From: Candidatus Harpocratesius repetitus
GTDB taxonomy: Archaea; Asgardarchaeota; Lokiarchaeia; Sigyniarchaeales; Promethearchaeaceae
NCBI GenBank assembly: GCA_021498095.1
Contig: JAIZWK010000001.1
Location: 3,630,001-3,662,000 of the forward strand
Direction: 5' to 3'
Length of the DNA stretch: 32,000 bases
The notes beneath the pieces are model-generated. The model searched no databases. It saw only the letters and a list, made by a program, of their open reading frames with translations, and was not told the DNA's origin. The number at the start of each line of letters is the position of its first letter. The stretch's first letter is position 1. Shown here in pieces: positions 8,707-19,584 of this stretch. A program made the translations under genes and the position numbers.

Positions 8707-9912
8707 TCATAGTGTCATTATTATTTGATTTTGTGCCTTTAGCATATCTTCTAAAATTAAATCCATAGCTTCTCTAATGTCATTTGAAGAAGTAGGAATA
8801 CTTCGTTTAGCATTGACGCTTGCTAACAACACTTCACTTAATCCACGAATTATCATATCAGGAGAATACCAAGGACGTTTTGAAGCCCACCACTGTTGAC
8901 ATGAATGAATTCCGCGATCCAAAAAGTTACGTGCATTATCAAATAATTGCTGTTGCTCTTTATTCATACTAACTTTGTATTTTTGAGCAAGATGAACTGT
9001 GGTAAGTGCATACATGATAAATCGATGTTGTTCCAAATGAAGTTTGTTGTTAGGATCAAACCATAATGGAAATGGAACTTTTCGTTCAAGGTCGTATGGC
9101 ATTGTGCTCCAACTAGATGCACGGGGTATTTGTTTATATCTAACAGGAAACTTTTGTATAATTTCAGAAACTGTGCATAATTTAATATCATCACGATGGG
9201 GTAATGAATCAAACAACGGATTTAGGAAATTCTTGATGGCGTGTTTCACGTGATGTCCGAATGTTTCTCCATCCATGGCTAAAATTACGTAATAATCATG
9301 ATCTTGATTTTTATATTTTAATCGTTGTGCGAAGGTTTCCACGGTGTTAACTTTATCGAAAGCACAATCTATTGAAATTAGATCATCTCGAAATACTAAC
9401 TTTAATCCGGTTTTTTCATGTTCTGAAATAAAGGTCGAAGGAAATTCATTAAGACTATTTGCAATTCCTGAGCTAATTACCCACTCAAAACCAGATTTCT
9501 TTATTGCTGGGAAAATTTCTTCACTTATTGCCATTTCTGGTGGAAAAAATCCTTTAGGTTGATAGACAGAACCGAAATACTGCCGATTTGTTTTTGTATT
9601 CAGCTGAATTTGACGAATGACCTCAGGTTCTGGAATAAGTGGCAATAATGGATGAAACTTTCCTGAACCTGTAAAATCAATTTGATCACGAGAAGCCAAT
9701 GTTGCGATTCCTTCAATAATATCTCTAAAACCATAATCATCCAATTGTTCTGTGAGGGTTGCGTTAATATTTAAAGTGATTTTTGCTTCAGGGTGTTCTC
9801 GTAAGGCATCTAAGATCGGGCGATAAGATTCTTTTACAATCTGCTTAATTACTGGAGCGATTTGCACGGGAGGTTGATAGATATGTAAGAGAAAAGCAAA
9901 ATATACTGTCAT
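8707..9912 (-). CDS. Glycoside hydrolase family 57
   Basis: GH57 conserved regions H-x-YQP, H-P-L-L-P-L-I, PPEMA (nucleophile Glu) and AMDGETFGHH (acid/base Asp). Confidence 0.92.
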   Translation of the reverse strand: MTVYFAFLLHIYQPPVQIAPVIKQIVKESYRPILDALREHPEAKITLNINATLTEQLDDYGFRDIIEGIATLASRDQIDFTGSGKFHPLLPLIPEPEVIRQIQLNTKTNRQYFGSVYQPKGFFPPEMAISEEIFPAIKKSGFEWVISSGIANSLNEFPSTFISEHEKTGLKLVFRDDLISIDCAFDKVNTVETFAQRLKYKNQDHDYYVILAMDGETFGHHVKHAIKNFLNPLFDSLPHRDDIKLCTVSEIIQKFPVRYKQIPRASSWSTMPYDLERKVPFPLWFDPNNKLHLEQHRFIMYALTTVHLAQKYKVSMNKEQQQLFDNARNFLDRGIHSCQQWWASKRPWYSPDMIIRGLSEVLLASVNAKRSIPTSSNDIREAMDLILEDMLKAQNQIIMTL

Positions 9913-10055
9913 TGTTTTATACCTTTATCTAATATGAAAATCTTAACTATTAATCTTTTGCGAAGTTTGTCTACTTCAAGAAAAAGGGGATTCAAATTTT
10001 TTTTATCTTCAAAAAAATTTGATAAGAAGTAATAAAAAACAAAAAAGAATTAAAA

Positions 10056-11435
10056 TCAAGATGAAATTGGAAAGAAATCATTCATTGCTTGAAAAATGCG
10101 TTTGAAACATTCTTCAATTTGGTTTGCAGCGACAGAACAGAATGCAAATCTGATACCATTAACCTTTTCTTCCAAGTTTTCATTAGGAAATGTACCAACT
10201 TTATATTTTACTACAAGATGATCAGCAAATGTAGTGGCAGAAACACCATTCAAATTCAAAAATACAAAAAATCCACCTGCTGCAGGATCAATGCTAATAT
10301 TTGGATGAGAAAAGGCATTAAACGCTCGAATTGTTTCTTCATAGCGGATTTTCAACAATTCATGAATTTTATTTTGATCTTCAAGGAGCTTAACGAATCC
10401 ATCTTTCAAATATTCCACTAATATTTCTTGAATGAAATGATTTGAATTACTTATTGTGGAACGAATCATCCCTTGAAGTTTATTTTCCCATTCTTTTCGA
10501 AAAGCAGGCAATTCTTCAGGTTTTATCCAAGAAGAATGTATGCCTAAAGTAATACAAGCAATTCTTCCACCATACATTAACATCTCCTTTGAAGCGCCAT
10601 CCAATTTTATTGGAATTAGAAGATGGTGTCGATTTACCAACATGTAGAATAGGGAATTTGAAATCACAGCATTATTAAAAACAAACCCTTCATAAGCATC
10701 ATCACATAAGATAATAATTGGTTTTTGTAGTCTCTCACAAGCATCTACAAGTGATTCAACAATATTACGAGCTTCTAATGTCGTTGGACAATATCCTGTA
10801 GGATTATTTGGAAAGTTAAGTATTAGTACAATTTTATCTTGTATTTTCGCACATTTTTCAATAGCTTCAATCATTCCGCTTAAATTAAACTCTTTTCCTT
10901 TAAAAAAATCAAATAATGATAGTTTGAGACCGTTCTGATATTTCAAAACAGCATCATAATTTCCCCAACGTTTGTTAGGACAAACAATAGATTCTCCTGG
11001 ATTTAAAAACATGCGAGTGGTAAGAAAAATAGCATTTGTTATTCCATTGCAAATCTGAGGTTTTGTAATTAAATCATGAAGCAATATTGGTGGATATGGC
11101 ATGTTTCTAGCCATTTCACCTTTTTTAATCACCCATGCTTCCCATAGATCGCGAAAAGCAGATACGCCTGCAACAGGTGCATAAGACGCAACACGTTCAG
11201 GCTCAATATTCAGATATTTCTGCAATCCAGGCATTGAATATACAATTTTCTTGTCTCGACCCGTTGGAATCATATCAGTTTCGATTCCAAAGGCGCTACC
11301 TATAGTTGCATTATATTCACCTTCTGTTTTGGCGCGATTAGCCCAATAGAAGATCCCATTTGGATGGAAAATACGTTTTCCAACGTCAGAAAAACTTTCA
11401 AAGACAGGGGTTTGTTGTAAAAGCGGAAAATTCAT
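10056..11435 (-). CDS. PLP-dependent aminotransferase class I/II
   Basis: NFPNNPTGY, DDAYEGF, GASKE (PLP Lys) then GGRI. Likely start ATG 11435; the ORF track extends to 11483. Confidence 0.92.
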   Translation of the reverse strand: MNFPLLQQTPVFESFSDVGKRIFHPNGIFYWANRAKTEGEYNATIGSAFGIETDMIPTGRDKKIVYSMPGLQKYLNIEPERVASYAPVAGVSAFRDLWEAWVIKKGEMARNMPYPPILLHDLITKPQICNGITNAIFLTTRMFLNPGESIVCPNKRWGNYDAVLKYQNGLKLSLFDFFKGKEFNLSGMIEAIEKCAKIQDKIVLILNFPNNPTGYCPTTLEARNIVESLVDACERLQKPIIILCDDAYEGFVFNNAVISNSLFYMLVNRHHLLIPIKLDGASKEMLMYGGRIACITLGIHSSWIKPEELPAFRKEWENKLQGMIRSTISNSNHFIQEILVEYLKDGFVKLLEDQNKIHELLKIRYEETIRAFNAFSHPNISIDPAAGGFFVFLNLNGVSATTFADHLVVKYKVGTFPNENLEEKVNGIRFAFCSVAANQIEECFKRIFQAMNDFFPISS

Positions 11436-11655
11436 GATTATCAACAATGTAACCCAATAATGAAATGCCGCATTTAAATTCATTTACAAGTAAACGTTTA
11501 ATCGAGTGAACATATTTGAATCAGCCCTCAAATATCCCATCCAAATATTCTTTCTTAAAAATATCTAATTTTAATAGATTTTTGGAAATTGCGATGACAA
11601 CATTTATAAAAGTTCTTCGAGAAATGAGGATCACTCATAGGGAGTGTTATTCAGT

Positions 11656-12153
11656 ATGACCGAAAGAAATGAAGAATATTTCAAGCAATTTATTGGGTAT
11701 GAATTTGGACCCGATAAATATCGCGTTAAAGGAAAGAATTTATCCGCCTACAGTGCTGCGATCGGAGATAAAAATCCGAAATTCTACGTAGAAAAAACAG
11801 AAGGTGAAGAAAAACCAGATTATTCGAATATTGTAGCTCATCCCGCTTATGCTGCTACATACACTATTCCGGGTTTGTTAATGCAATTAACTGAAGTAAA
11901 AGATAAAGATGGAAATAAATTGGTTAAAAATATTGGCAAGTTACTACATACTTCACAAGAATATGATTATGATGGTTGCGATCCTTTAACTCCTGCCGAT
12001 AAAAAAGTATATACTGTGGGAAAAATCGTAAATCTATTTTTAAAGAAAGATAAACTTTGGGTAGAATTATTGTTTACTTCCACCAATGCAGATAAAACGA
12101 AAACATTTTGTAGAACAACCGTAAAAGGGTTGTTACGTAAAGGAGGCTTTTAA
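11656..12153 (+). CDS. MaoC/FAS1-type dehydratase, N-terminal-like subunit
   Basis: 'YSAAIGDKNP.F', 'VAHPAY' and 'LLHTSQEYDY' hot-dog motifs. Abuts the next gene (TAAATG). ATG 11656 follows AGGGAG. Confidence 0.8.
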   Translation: MTERNEEYFKQFIGYEFGPDKYRVKGKNLSAYSAAIGDKNPKFYVEKTEGEEKPDYSNIVAHPAYAATYTIPGLLMQLTEVKDKDGNKLVKNIGKLLHTSQEYDYDGCDPLTPADKKVYTVGKIVNLFLKKDKLWVELLFTSTNADKTKTFCRTTVKGLLRKGGF

Positions 12154-12669
12154 ATGGTTGAAGTTGGAACACATATATTAAAAACAGATGGTCCTGTTAC
12201 TCGAGAAATGATAAAAAAATATGCTAGTGCATCAGGAGACCGTAATCCAATTCATATCAACGATGAATTTGCTGAAAAAGTAGGATTAAATGGAGTAATT
12301 GCACATGGAATGCTCTCATTTGGATTCGGTGCTCATCATCTGAATGATTTTGCTGAAGAATTAAATGGACAATTGATTAACTTAGGTTGTGAAATGCGGG
12401 GGATGGTTCGTCCTGGTGATACAATATTGACTCATATCACAGTTAAAGCAATAAATGATAATATTTTGGAGATTGAGATGATTCAGAATTCGAAAATGCC
12501 CCTAAAATTGGAAAAAGCAGGCGAAAGAATTGAAACTTATGAAGGATTGGAGCGCGGATGGGTTAGTGAAAAGGAACAAGATCTGATAAAAACAGAAGAA
12601 ACAGAAAATGGAACCCTAACCTATCGGGAAGCTTTAGTTAATAAAGGCTGGGCTAAAATCCGAATTTAA
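12154..12669 (+). CDS. MaoC-family (R)-specific dehydratase, catalytic subunit
   Basis: Hydratase-2 motif YASASGDRNPIHINDEFA...G.IAHGM. Confidence 0.92.
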   Translation: MVEVGTHILKTDGPVTREMIKKYASASGDRNPIHINDEFAEKVGLNGVIAHGMLSFGFGAHHLNDFAEELNGQLINLGCEMRGMVRPGDTILTHITVKAINDNILEIEMIQNSKMPLKLEKAGERIETYEGLERGWVSEKEQDLIKTEETENGTLTYREALVNKGWAKIRI

Positions 12670-12744
12670 AAAATTAATTAAATGGTTTTTTTTTGAATAT
12701 TTATTTTTTTATTCCTTTATTATTTTCAATTTTAATTCATTAAT

Positions 12745-12873
12745 TTATGAGGTTATAGCAGAATTCGAAAAATTGAAGAAAATTCGGAAATCTTGCATCA
12801 TTTATCCATAAACTCCAAATCTATCCCAATTTTAAAATTGTCGAAAAATCGTTTAAGAAAAATATATATAATT
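12745..12873 (+). repeat. Repeat arm C plus inner extension, inverted copy of 15768-15896
   Basis: 12749-12873 matches the reverse complement of 15768-15892 at 112/125 positions with no gaps. Confidence 0.95.
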
Positions 12874-12881
12874 AAGTCAAT

Positions 12882-12981
12882 AATTCAAGGAAAAATGATG
12901 GAAATGTGAAATTCTTGACCGCATTTAAGGGTTTAAAAATACCGACTAAAATTGTAATTGGATGCGCAGGAGTATTGTCGA
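12882..12981 (+). repeat. Degenerate repeat arm G
   Basis: AATTCAAGG start, CCGAC at 12942 and GTCGA at 12977 fall in the same register as arms H and B. The intervening sequence is diverged. Confidence 0.55.
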
Positions 12982-13043
12982 AAATATTGGCCCAAAAGAT
13001 AGAATTTGATTAAGATAAAAAAAATTGCTAGAGCCTCTTATAT

Positions 13044-14339
13044 TCAGTTATTATTAAGCAACCATTTCCATAATGGTATATATTCTATAGTTTTGTTTTT
13101 CTTTTTGACGATCTGCTCTTCATCCCATGTAATCAATAGCATTTTTTCACATCCTAATTCTTCATTTGCTTTTAACAGCCCTTTTTCTTCGCGGGTTCGA
13201 GTTTTATTTGAATTAATCTTGTAAGAAACTTGAATAAGTTGGATTATCTTTGTTCCAAATTTGATTACAAAATCCACTTCATATTGTTCTGGAGATTTCC
13301 AATAATATATTTCAAAAGGACGCTCATGTTGAATTGATCGTCGTTTCAATTCTAAAAAGACTAAATTCTCAATTTGTCGAGTGATATTACTCTCTGTTCG
13401 GAAGCCAATTTTCGCATTAAGGCCTAAATCCACAGAATAAATTTTTCGTGGGGAACGATGTTGTGTCTTATAGCGTTTGCTGTAAATAGAAAGACTAAAG
13501 AAAAGATATGCTTTTTCTAAATAATCCAAGTATGTTGCAATTAAATTCTTGTTTATCCCTAAAGAACCAGCCAATCGAGAATATGTGTAATAACTTGCAG
13601 GAGTGCTTAAGAAATAGTATGCGATTTTTTCTAAATCATTTGGTTTATGGATTCTATAGCGATAAACAATGTCTTTCATCAGTATTGAGTCAAAAAGATC
13701 ACGCAAATATCGTGGAGAATCATGATATTTGAAAACCTCGGGAAAACCTCCTGAGTCAAGATAATTCTTTAAATGATACATAATAGTTCCGATTTGTTCA
13801 TCACTATAACCTTGAAAACTAAACTTTTTTAAGGATAAATACTCTTGAAAGCTAAAGGGAAAAAGGTCGTAACGAAGAAATCGGCCGGTTAGGTAGGTAC
13901 TCAATTCTGAACTTAGCAATGATGAATTACTTCCTGTTATTAAGACTGTGTATTTACGACGGAGGAGTCTATTAACAAACATTTCCCATTTTGGTTGATT
14001 TTGTGGTTCGTCGAGTAAAAGAGTTGATACCTTTCCATAAATATGATGAACAGCAGTTAGAATTTCCTGAAATCCATCAGTTCCTAAATCTCCTAAACGT
14101 TCATCATCGAAATTGATATATCCATACTTAACATTTTCATCAGAATCATTAATATCGTTAGAGATGCTAGAATAAAGGAGTTGATGAGCAAATGTACTCT
14201 TCCCTGATCGACGTACTCCCATAATAATAATTGCGATCCCTCTTTCCAATGGCACTTGAAGTTGACGTGGAATGATTTGGTTGCTTAAGAATAATTCTTG
14301 AATTTCCTTTTTCTGATCTCGAAGAATCTTTTCAAACAA
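13044..14339 (-). CDS. AAA+ ATPase (AAA_14) with DUF4143 and C-terminal nuclease-like motif
   Basis: Walker A GVRRSGKS, Walker B LLDEPQ, ITGSNS, 'SGGFPE', 'RKIYSVDLG', 'ENLVFLEL', 'EVDFV'. Confidence 0.92.
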   Translation of the reverse strand: MFEKILRDQKKEIQELFLSNQIIPRQLQVPLERGIAIIIMGVRRSGKSTFAHQLLYSSISNDINDSDENVKYGYINFDDERLGDLGTDGFQEILTAVHHIYGKVSTLLLDEPQNQPKWEMFVNRLLRRKYTVLITGSNSSLLSSELSTYLTGRFLRYDLFPFSFQEYLSLKKFSFQGYSDEQIGTIMYHLKNYLDSGGFPEVFKYHDSPRYLRDLFDSILMKDIVYRYRIHKPNDLEKIAYYFLSTPASYYTYSRLAGSLGINKNLIATYLDYLEKAYLFFSLSIYSKRYKTQHRSPRKIYSVDLGLNAKIGFRTESNITRQIENLVFLELKRRSIQHERPFEIYYWKSPEQYEVDFVIKFGTKIIQLIQVSYKINSNKTRTREEKGLLKANEELGCEKMLLITWDEEQIVKKKNKTIEYIPLWKWLLNNN

Positions 14340-14377
14340 TATGAAAACCCAATTAAATTAAGTGAATTCAAATATAT

Positions 14378-14490
14378 AAATTTTGGCTAATAAATTGACT
14401 AAAAATTTAAAATTATGATTAGTAAATTAACTAAAATTTTAAAATTTTGGTTAGTATCATGACAATATTTTTAAAAATATGGCTAAGATA
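14378..14490. repeat. 32-bp degenerate tandem repeat (~3.5 units) with internal palindrome TTAGT-N6-ACTAA
   Basis: Units start at 14378, 14410, 14442 and 14474. Unit 2 carries the perfect palindrome. Confidence 0.8.
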
Positions 14491-14640
14491 AAATTTAATA
14501 TTTGATTTTTTTTCAAAATTTAAAAGTAACCAAAGCATATTTTTGTTAATAATAACTGTTTTTATAACGCAAGCACATTTTATTCTAAAAATATGCATCT
14601 ATTTCATTAGAACGTTAAAAAGATATAGTATTTATCAATA

Positions 14641-15744
14641 TTAAAAAAAAATAGAATTGTTATTTGCAAGATCCCATAAGAAATAAACCAAAAACAAAAT
14701 TACAAAACTGAATGTTGTGATAACATAAGTTTTAGTATAAATTTTAAATTGATTTCTGGAAGAAGGGTGATTTTTCGATGAATTTTTATTTTCTACTCCA
14801 TCTTTCATATCATTTATTTCTTGAGTGGATTTATTATAATCTACTGAATTATTTTTAAATACATTCAATTTTTGAGAAATTCTACTCTGAATCATGTTGA
14901 AAATAAGCACAGAAATCCAGATCATGAATGAAGCTTTTAGAGTCACCACTTGAGGCCAAAAAAAAAGTTCATAATCGACAAATATCCCTGCCATATACCA
15001 CATCTGGGTAATATACCCGTCAAATATTGGTAAACAATTCAGAATAAATAAAAGCGCCTGTCTAGCAGGGATTGAAGCATGATTTTTTTCTAATAAGAAA
15101 TAAGAGAGGTGATTTAAATATCCATATATGCCGATAAATAGCGCATAGAAACACCATTTATACAATTTTAGATAAAAACCTACGAAATAAATTTCGCTAA
15201 AAATAAAATCTAAGAACCATAACAATCCTAAACCGATAAAATATATTCCGATAATTATCCATTTCGGTAAATTCTCTAATGAGTACTTTTTTGTTGCTAC
15301 TTTCTGGCTTTGTCCAATCTTAGTATCACGTGTTTTTATTGTCCAATACAACCCGATGCTAACCATATTTGCCAAGATAATTAAAATAAATACAGAATTA
15401 TTTTCAGTAAACAGATTCCTTAACCATTTTCCCAGAAAGGATTCATTAGGATTAGAGATATTCCAAATTGGTTTAAGAAAAAGCCACCAAAGGCGCCAAA
15501 AATTCGGAAATTCTCCTTCTACTGCTGGAGCTGATATTTGCAGATAATCATATAAAGCAAGCATGTCGTCTGTAAAAAAAGGCAACGAGTTTCTCAATCG
15601 AATAGGTCCTTTATAAACAATAAAAATATAGAAGCTAAGGATTAACGTAAAGCTCACATAAGATATACAGATACCAAAAAGCCACTTCGCTGTCTGATAA
15701 CCCCATTTCAGCAATTTTTTTGAGTTATTTTGAATATTTTTCAT
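14641..15744 (-). CDS. Hypothetical polytopic membrane protein
   Basis: 367-aa ORF with about 8 aromatic-rich hydrophobic segments and AGGAG upstream. Family not recognised. Confidence 0.75.
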   Translation of the reverse strand: MKNIQNNSKKLLKWGYQTAKWLFGICISYVSFTLILSFYIFIVYKGPIRLRNSLPFFTDDMLALYDYLQISAPAVEGEFPNFWRLWWLFLKPIWNISNPNESFLGKWLRNLFTENNSVFILIILANMVSIGLYWTIKTRDTKIGQSQKVATKKYSLENLPKWIIIGIYFIGLGLLWFLDFIFSEIYFVGFYLKLYKWCFYALFIGIYGYLNHLSYFLLEKNHASIPARQALLFILNCLPIFDGYITQMWYMAGIFVDYELFFWPQVVTLKASFMIWISVLIFNMIQSRISQKLNVFKNNSVDYNKSTQEINDMKDGVENKNSSKNHPSSRNQFKIYTKTYVITTFSFVILFLVYFLWDLANNNSIFF

Positions 15745-15767
15745 TTTTATTTCTCCTTTTGATTTAA

Positions 15768-15896
15768 AATTATATATTTTTTTCTTAAACGATGTTTCGA
15801 CAAATTTAAAATTGGGATAGATTTGGGTTTTGTGGATAGTCGATGCAAGATTTTCGGATTTCCTTCAATTTTTTGAATTCTGCTATAACCTCTTAT
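15768..15896 (-). repeat. Repeat arm D plus inner extension, inverted copy of arm C
   Basis: 112/125 identity to arm C. TCGAC at 15797 and CCTC at 15889. Confidence 0.95.
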
Positions 15897-16095
15897 GAAG
15901 TTTTTTTGTTTTAAAAATAAAGGACATACAAATAATTTCGTATTTTTCATTAACAAAAAAAAAATATTGAAATATAAAAAACTTCAAATCATTAAAGTTT
16001 TGAGGGAGTATTCACTATTTTTTTGTATTTCCCTAAATAATCATGATTTTGCCACATCTTCTCTATATTTGTATCATGGAATTTTTTAATTTAAC

Positions 16096-16287
16096 GTGGG
16101 GCTTCAAGAATATCAGGGAAGAATTCTTGCTTTTTGCACCAATCAAAGAAACGACAAAAATCTCCAAAAAATCGTTCAAAATGGTCATATCTAAAAATCA
16201 GCTTCAAGTTCTCAGCAATATCAGTGCTTAACTTGCGGATGATCATTTTACGGATATACAAGTCCTGAGTTTCAATCAATTGTGTAA
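16096..16287 (+). pseudogene. Possible decayed IS1-like (InsA-type) zinc-ribbon gene fragment
   Basis: One frame reads AFCTNQRNDKNLQKIVQNGHI*KSASSSQQYQCLTCG*SF, with in-frame stops. Resembles C..IV.NG...Q.Y.C..C zinc ribbons. Confidence 0.35.
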
Positions 16288-16983
16288 AACATGCATTCTT
16301 TGCCTTACTCTCAATTTAGGGCAAACGGTTAAATACAAGCACAATTTCGACTACATTAAATGTAAAATCTTCCGCTGTAACACGATTGTTCTATATAATC
16401 TTAGAATAATCTTAGAATAAATTTCAAAATCATTTAATTATAAAGATTTGCGCGAAAACAATCGAATTTCGATTGGTTCAGTCCCGAAGTGCTTGAGTGT
16501 TATTAAAGATAATTCTATAAGTGCCAAATCTATAACTTAAAAGAACGAAGCTCGCTTAATGAAATAAGAAAGAATCTGATAAAAAGAGATTAAAAATAAA
16601 GAGAATCTGCATTATTATCATTAAAGTTCTTATATTAAATATAATGATTTAAAAATTCAAAGGTTGATTTCAATTAACTGTAAAAATTGAAGGATTAAAA
16701 TTAAATATTTATTAATAGCTCATTAAGAATAGCAAATAGTATTTTAGAAAGATGAATTCATAATAAAAAAGAAAAAGATCAAATAAAAACAGAAGAAAGT
16801 AAAGAGCAAAAATAGAATAAGGGAATTATATTAGAAATAACGCTCAAAATAGAAAAGAAGTCTTTAAATATAGAGTCATTAATGGTTGAATTGTCACAAA
16901 AAATGATCCAAAACCTTTAACTCAGCGACGCATTACCGAAAGTGATTGAGATTGATGTATTTTTTCAAGAATTTAAAAAATGA

Positions 16984-17997
<1,014 letters not shown>

Positions 17998-18040
17998 GTA
18001 ACTACTTTATTTACATAAAACCTTTTTTTCTCTTATTTGT

Positions 18041-18140
18041 TTATGAGGTTCTAGTAGCATCTTTATTTTTGACTGAATTACCATTTTCATCTTTAGTTTT
18101 CCGACAATAATCAATTCTATCCAAGAATTATTTCAGTCGG
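18041..18140 (+). repeat. Repeat arm F
   Basis: TTATGAGGTT start identical to arm C. CCGAC at 18101, CTATCC and GTCGG at 18136 are all in register. Confidence 0.75.
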
Positions 18141-18237
18141 CAAAAATGAACTTTAGAAAATATAATTATGGGTCGATTTTTGACTATTTTTAATCAAATT
18201 ATAGTTGAACTTGATAAAAAAAGTTCTAAATTTCTGA

Positions 18238-18337
18238 TCGACAAATTTCAAATTAGGATGGAATATTGATAAATGCGTAAATTATGCAGGATTTTTATTT
18301 TTTTATTAATCTATCAAATGTTGATAAAAGCTCTTAT
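18238..18337 (-). repeat. Repeat arm E
   Basis: 65/100 ungapped identity to arm D (TCGACAAATTT ... TCTTAT). Confidence 0.75.
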
Positions 18338-18474
18338 CTTTCAGTTACTATTCTTGATATTTATTGTAATAATGAAAGTGATTATTTTCCTTTTATTTAT
18401 CAAAATTCTCAAAAATCCAATAGGTTAAATAATTGTCTGATGATAATTTATAGTGGATTAGAGAAATTCATGAG

Positions 18475-18909
18475 ATGGTTAAATTTATGATAATACTAGA
18501 AGAAATCTGGTTTATTAATGATTATGGAATTTGCCTTTTTAATTATTCCATTGATAAAAAGATGGACCCAGAATTATTCAGCCCAATATTTACTGCAATC
18601 AACCAATTTGGGCAAAAAGCAGTAAAAAATTCAATCAATGAAATTTCCATGGGTAAAAATTATCTTTTGAGTTTGGATATCCCTGATTATAAATTAAAAT
18701 TAGTTGGAAGGACCAGCCAAACTAAAAATCGGGAGATAATGGAAAAAATGCTAATTGAAATTGCTGAAAAATTTAAAAATCATTTTACTGTTGAAGAGAT
18801 TGCTCAATATAAAGGACAGGTTGATCAATTTGCACCCTTTTCCCAGTTTATCACTGCATATTTCGATCAACAAGAACAGCTAATTCAAAATTTTAAATCC
18901 ATTCTTTAA
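18475..18909 (+). CDS. Longin-like domain protein
   Basis: Asgard longin pattern: 'IWFINDYGICLF' hairpin, 'DPELFSPIFTAINQFG' helix, strands, 'LIEIAEKF...F' helix, 'VDQFAPF'. Confidence 0.75.
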   Translation: MVKFMIILEEIWFINDYGICLFNYSIDKKMDPELFSPIFTAINQFGQKAVKNSINEISMGKNYLLSLDIPDYKLKLVGRTSQTKNREIMEKMLIEIAEKFKNHFTVEEIAQYKGQVDQFAPFSQFITAYFDQQEQLIQNFKSIL

Positions 18910-18964
18910 TTAATACTTTGATTAGATCTTTATCCTATTTTTTAATTCATTCTCTAATATTAAG

Positions 18965-19498
18965 TTAAATTTTAATTTGATCCTTTCGGTTTTTTTCATT
19001 TTTTTGAAATACACTTAGTTTTGGAAATAAACAGCCTGTTGAACGTTGGTATTCAATATATTTTTCTCCAAAACGGCGTACTAAATCCGCTTCTTCAATT
19101 TTAATCATGATTGGAGTATAAATAATAATAAAAATCAACGAAATCAAAGTAGCAGTCCATGAATTAGTCATTAAGCCCATAATCACCCACATTGGAAATT
19201 CTCCAATCGTTTGTGGATGGCGAACGTATTTATAGATTCCAGTATATAGAGATGTATCTTCTGATGGAACCATGGTTTCTTTCCCTGCATCCCGCATTCC
19301 AATACTAAAAATTATTCCGAATGGAATCAACAATAAGATACCAGTTAATAACGCATGCCATAATTTAGGAAATATAGGAAAGAATAAATTTGGGATTGGA
19401 AAAATAGCCCATAATATTAAATTTATTAAAGTAATTGTTTCAAATATTGAGGCAATCTTCATAATATACTTTTTAACTATCCAAAAGATCCTAAACAA
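18965..19498 (-). CDS. Isoprenylcysteine carboxyl methyltransferase / PEMT-family membrane methyltransferase
   Basis: 'LYTGIYKYVRHP' and 'EEADLVRRFGEKYIEYQRST..LFP' motifs. Confidence 0.9.
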   Translation of the reverse strand: MFRIFWIVKKYIMKIASIFETITLINLILWAIFPIPNLFFPIFPKLWHALLTGILLLIPFGIIFSIGMRDAGKETMVPSEDTSLYTGIYKYVRHPQTIGEFPMWVIMGLMTNSWTATLISLIFIIIYTPIMIKIEEADLVRRFGEKYIEYQRSTGCLFPKLSVFQKNEKNRKDQIKI

Positions 19499-19584
19499 AT
19501 TAAATTTATAAAAGATTCAATAAATAAATTTCCTGAACCATCAAAGCCAATGAAATTAGATCTTGATATTTAATGTGATTTTAA

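Noticed and set aside
14378-14490. CRISPR array
   Set aside because: Units are contiguous and degenerate with no unique spacers, and there are no cas genes in the window.
16459-16475. Perfect palindrome CAATCGAA-T-TTCGATTG
   Set aside because: Single occurrence more than 500 bp from the nearest intact gene. No second copy was seen to support an operator role.
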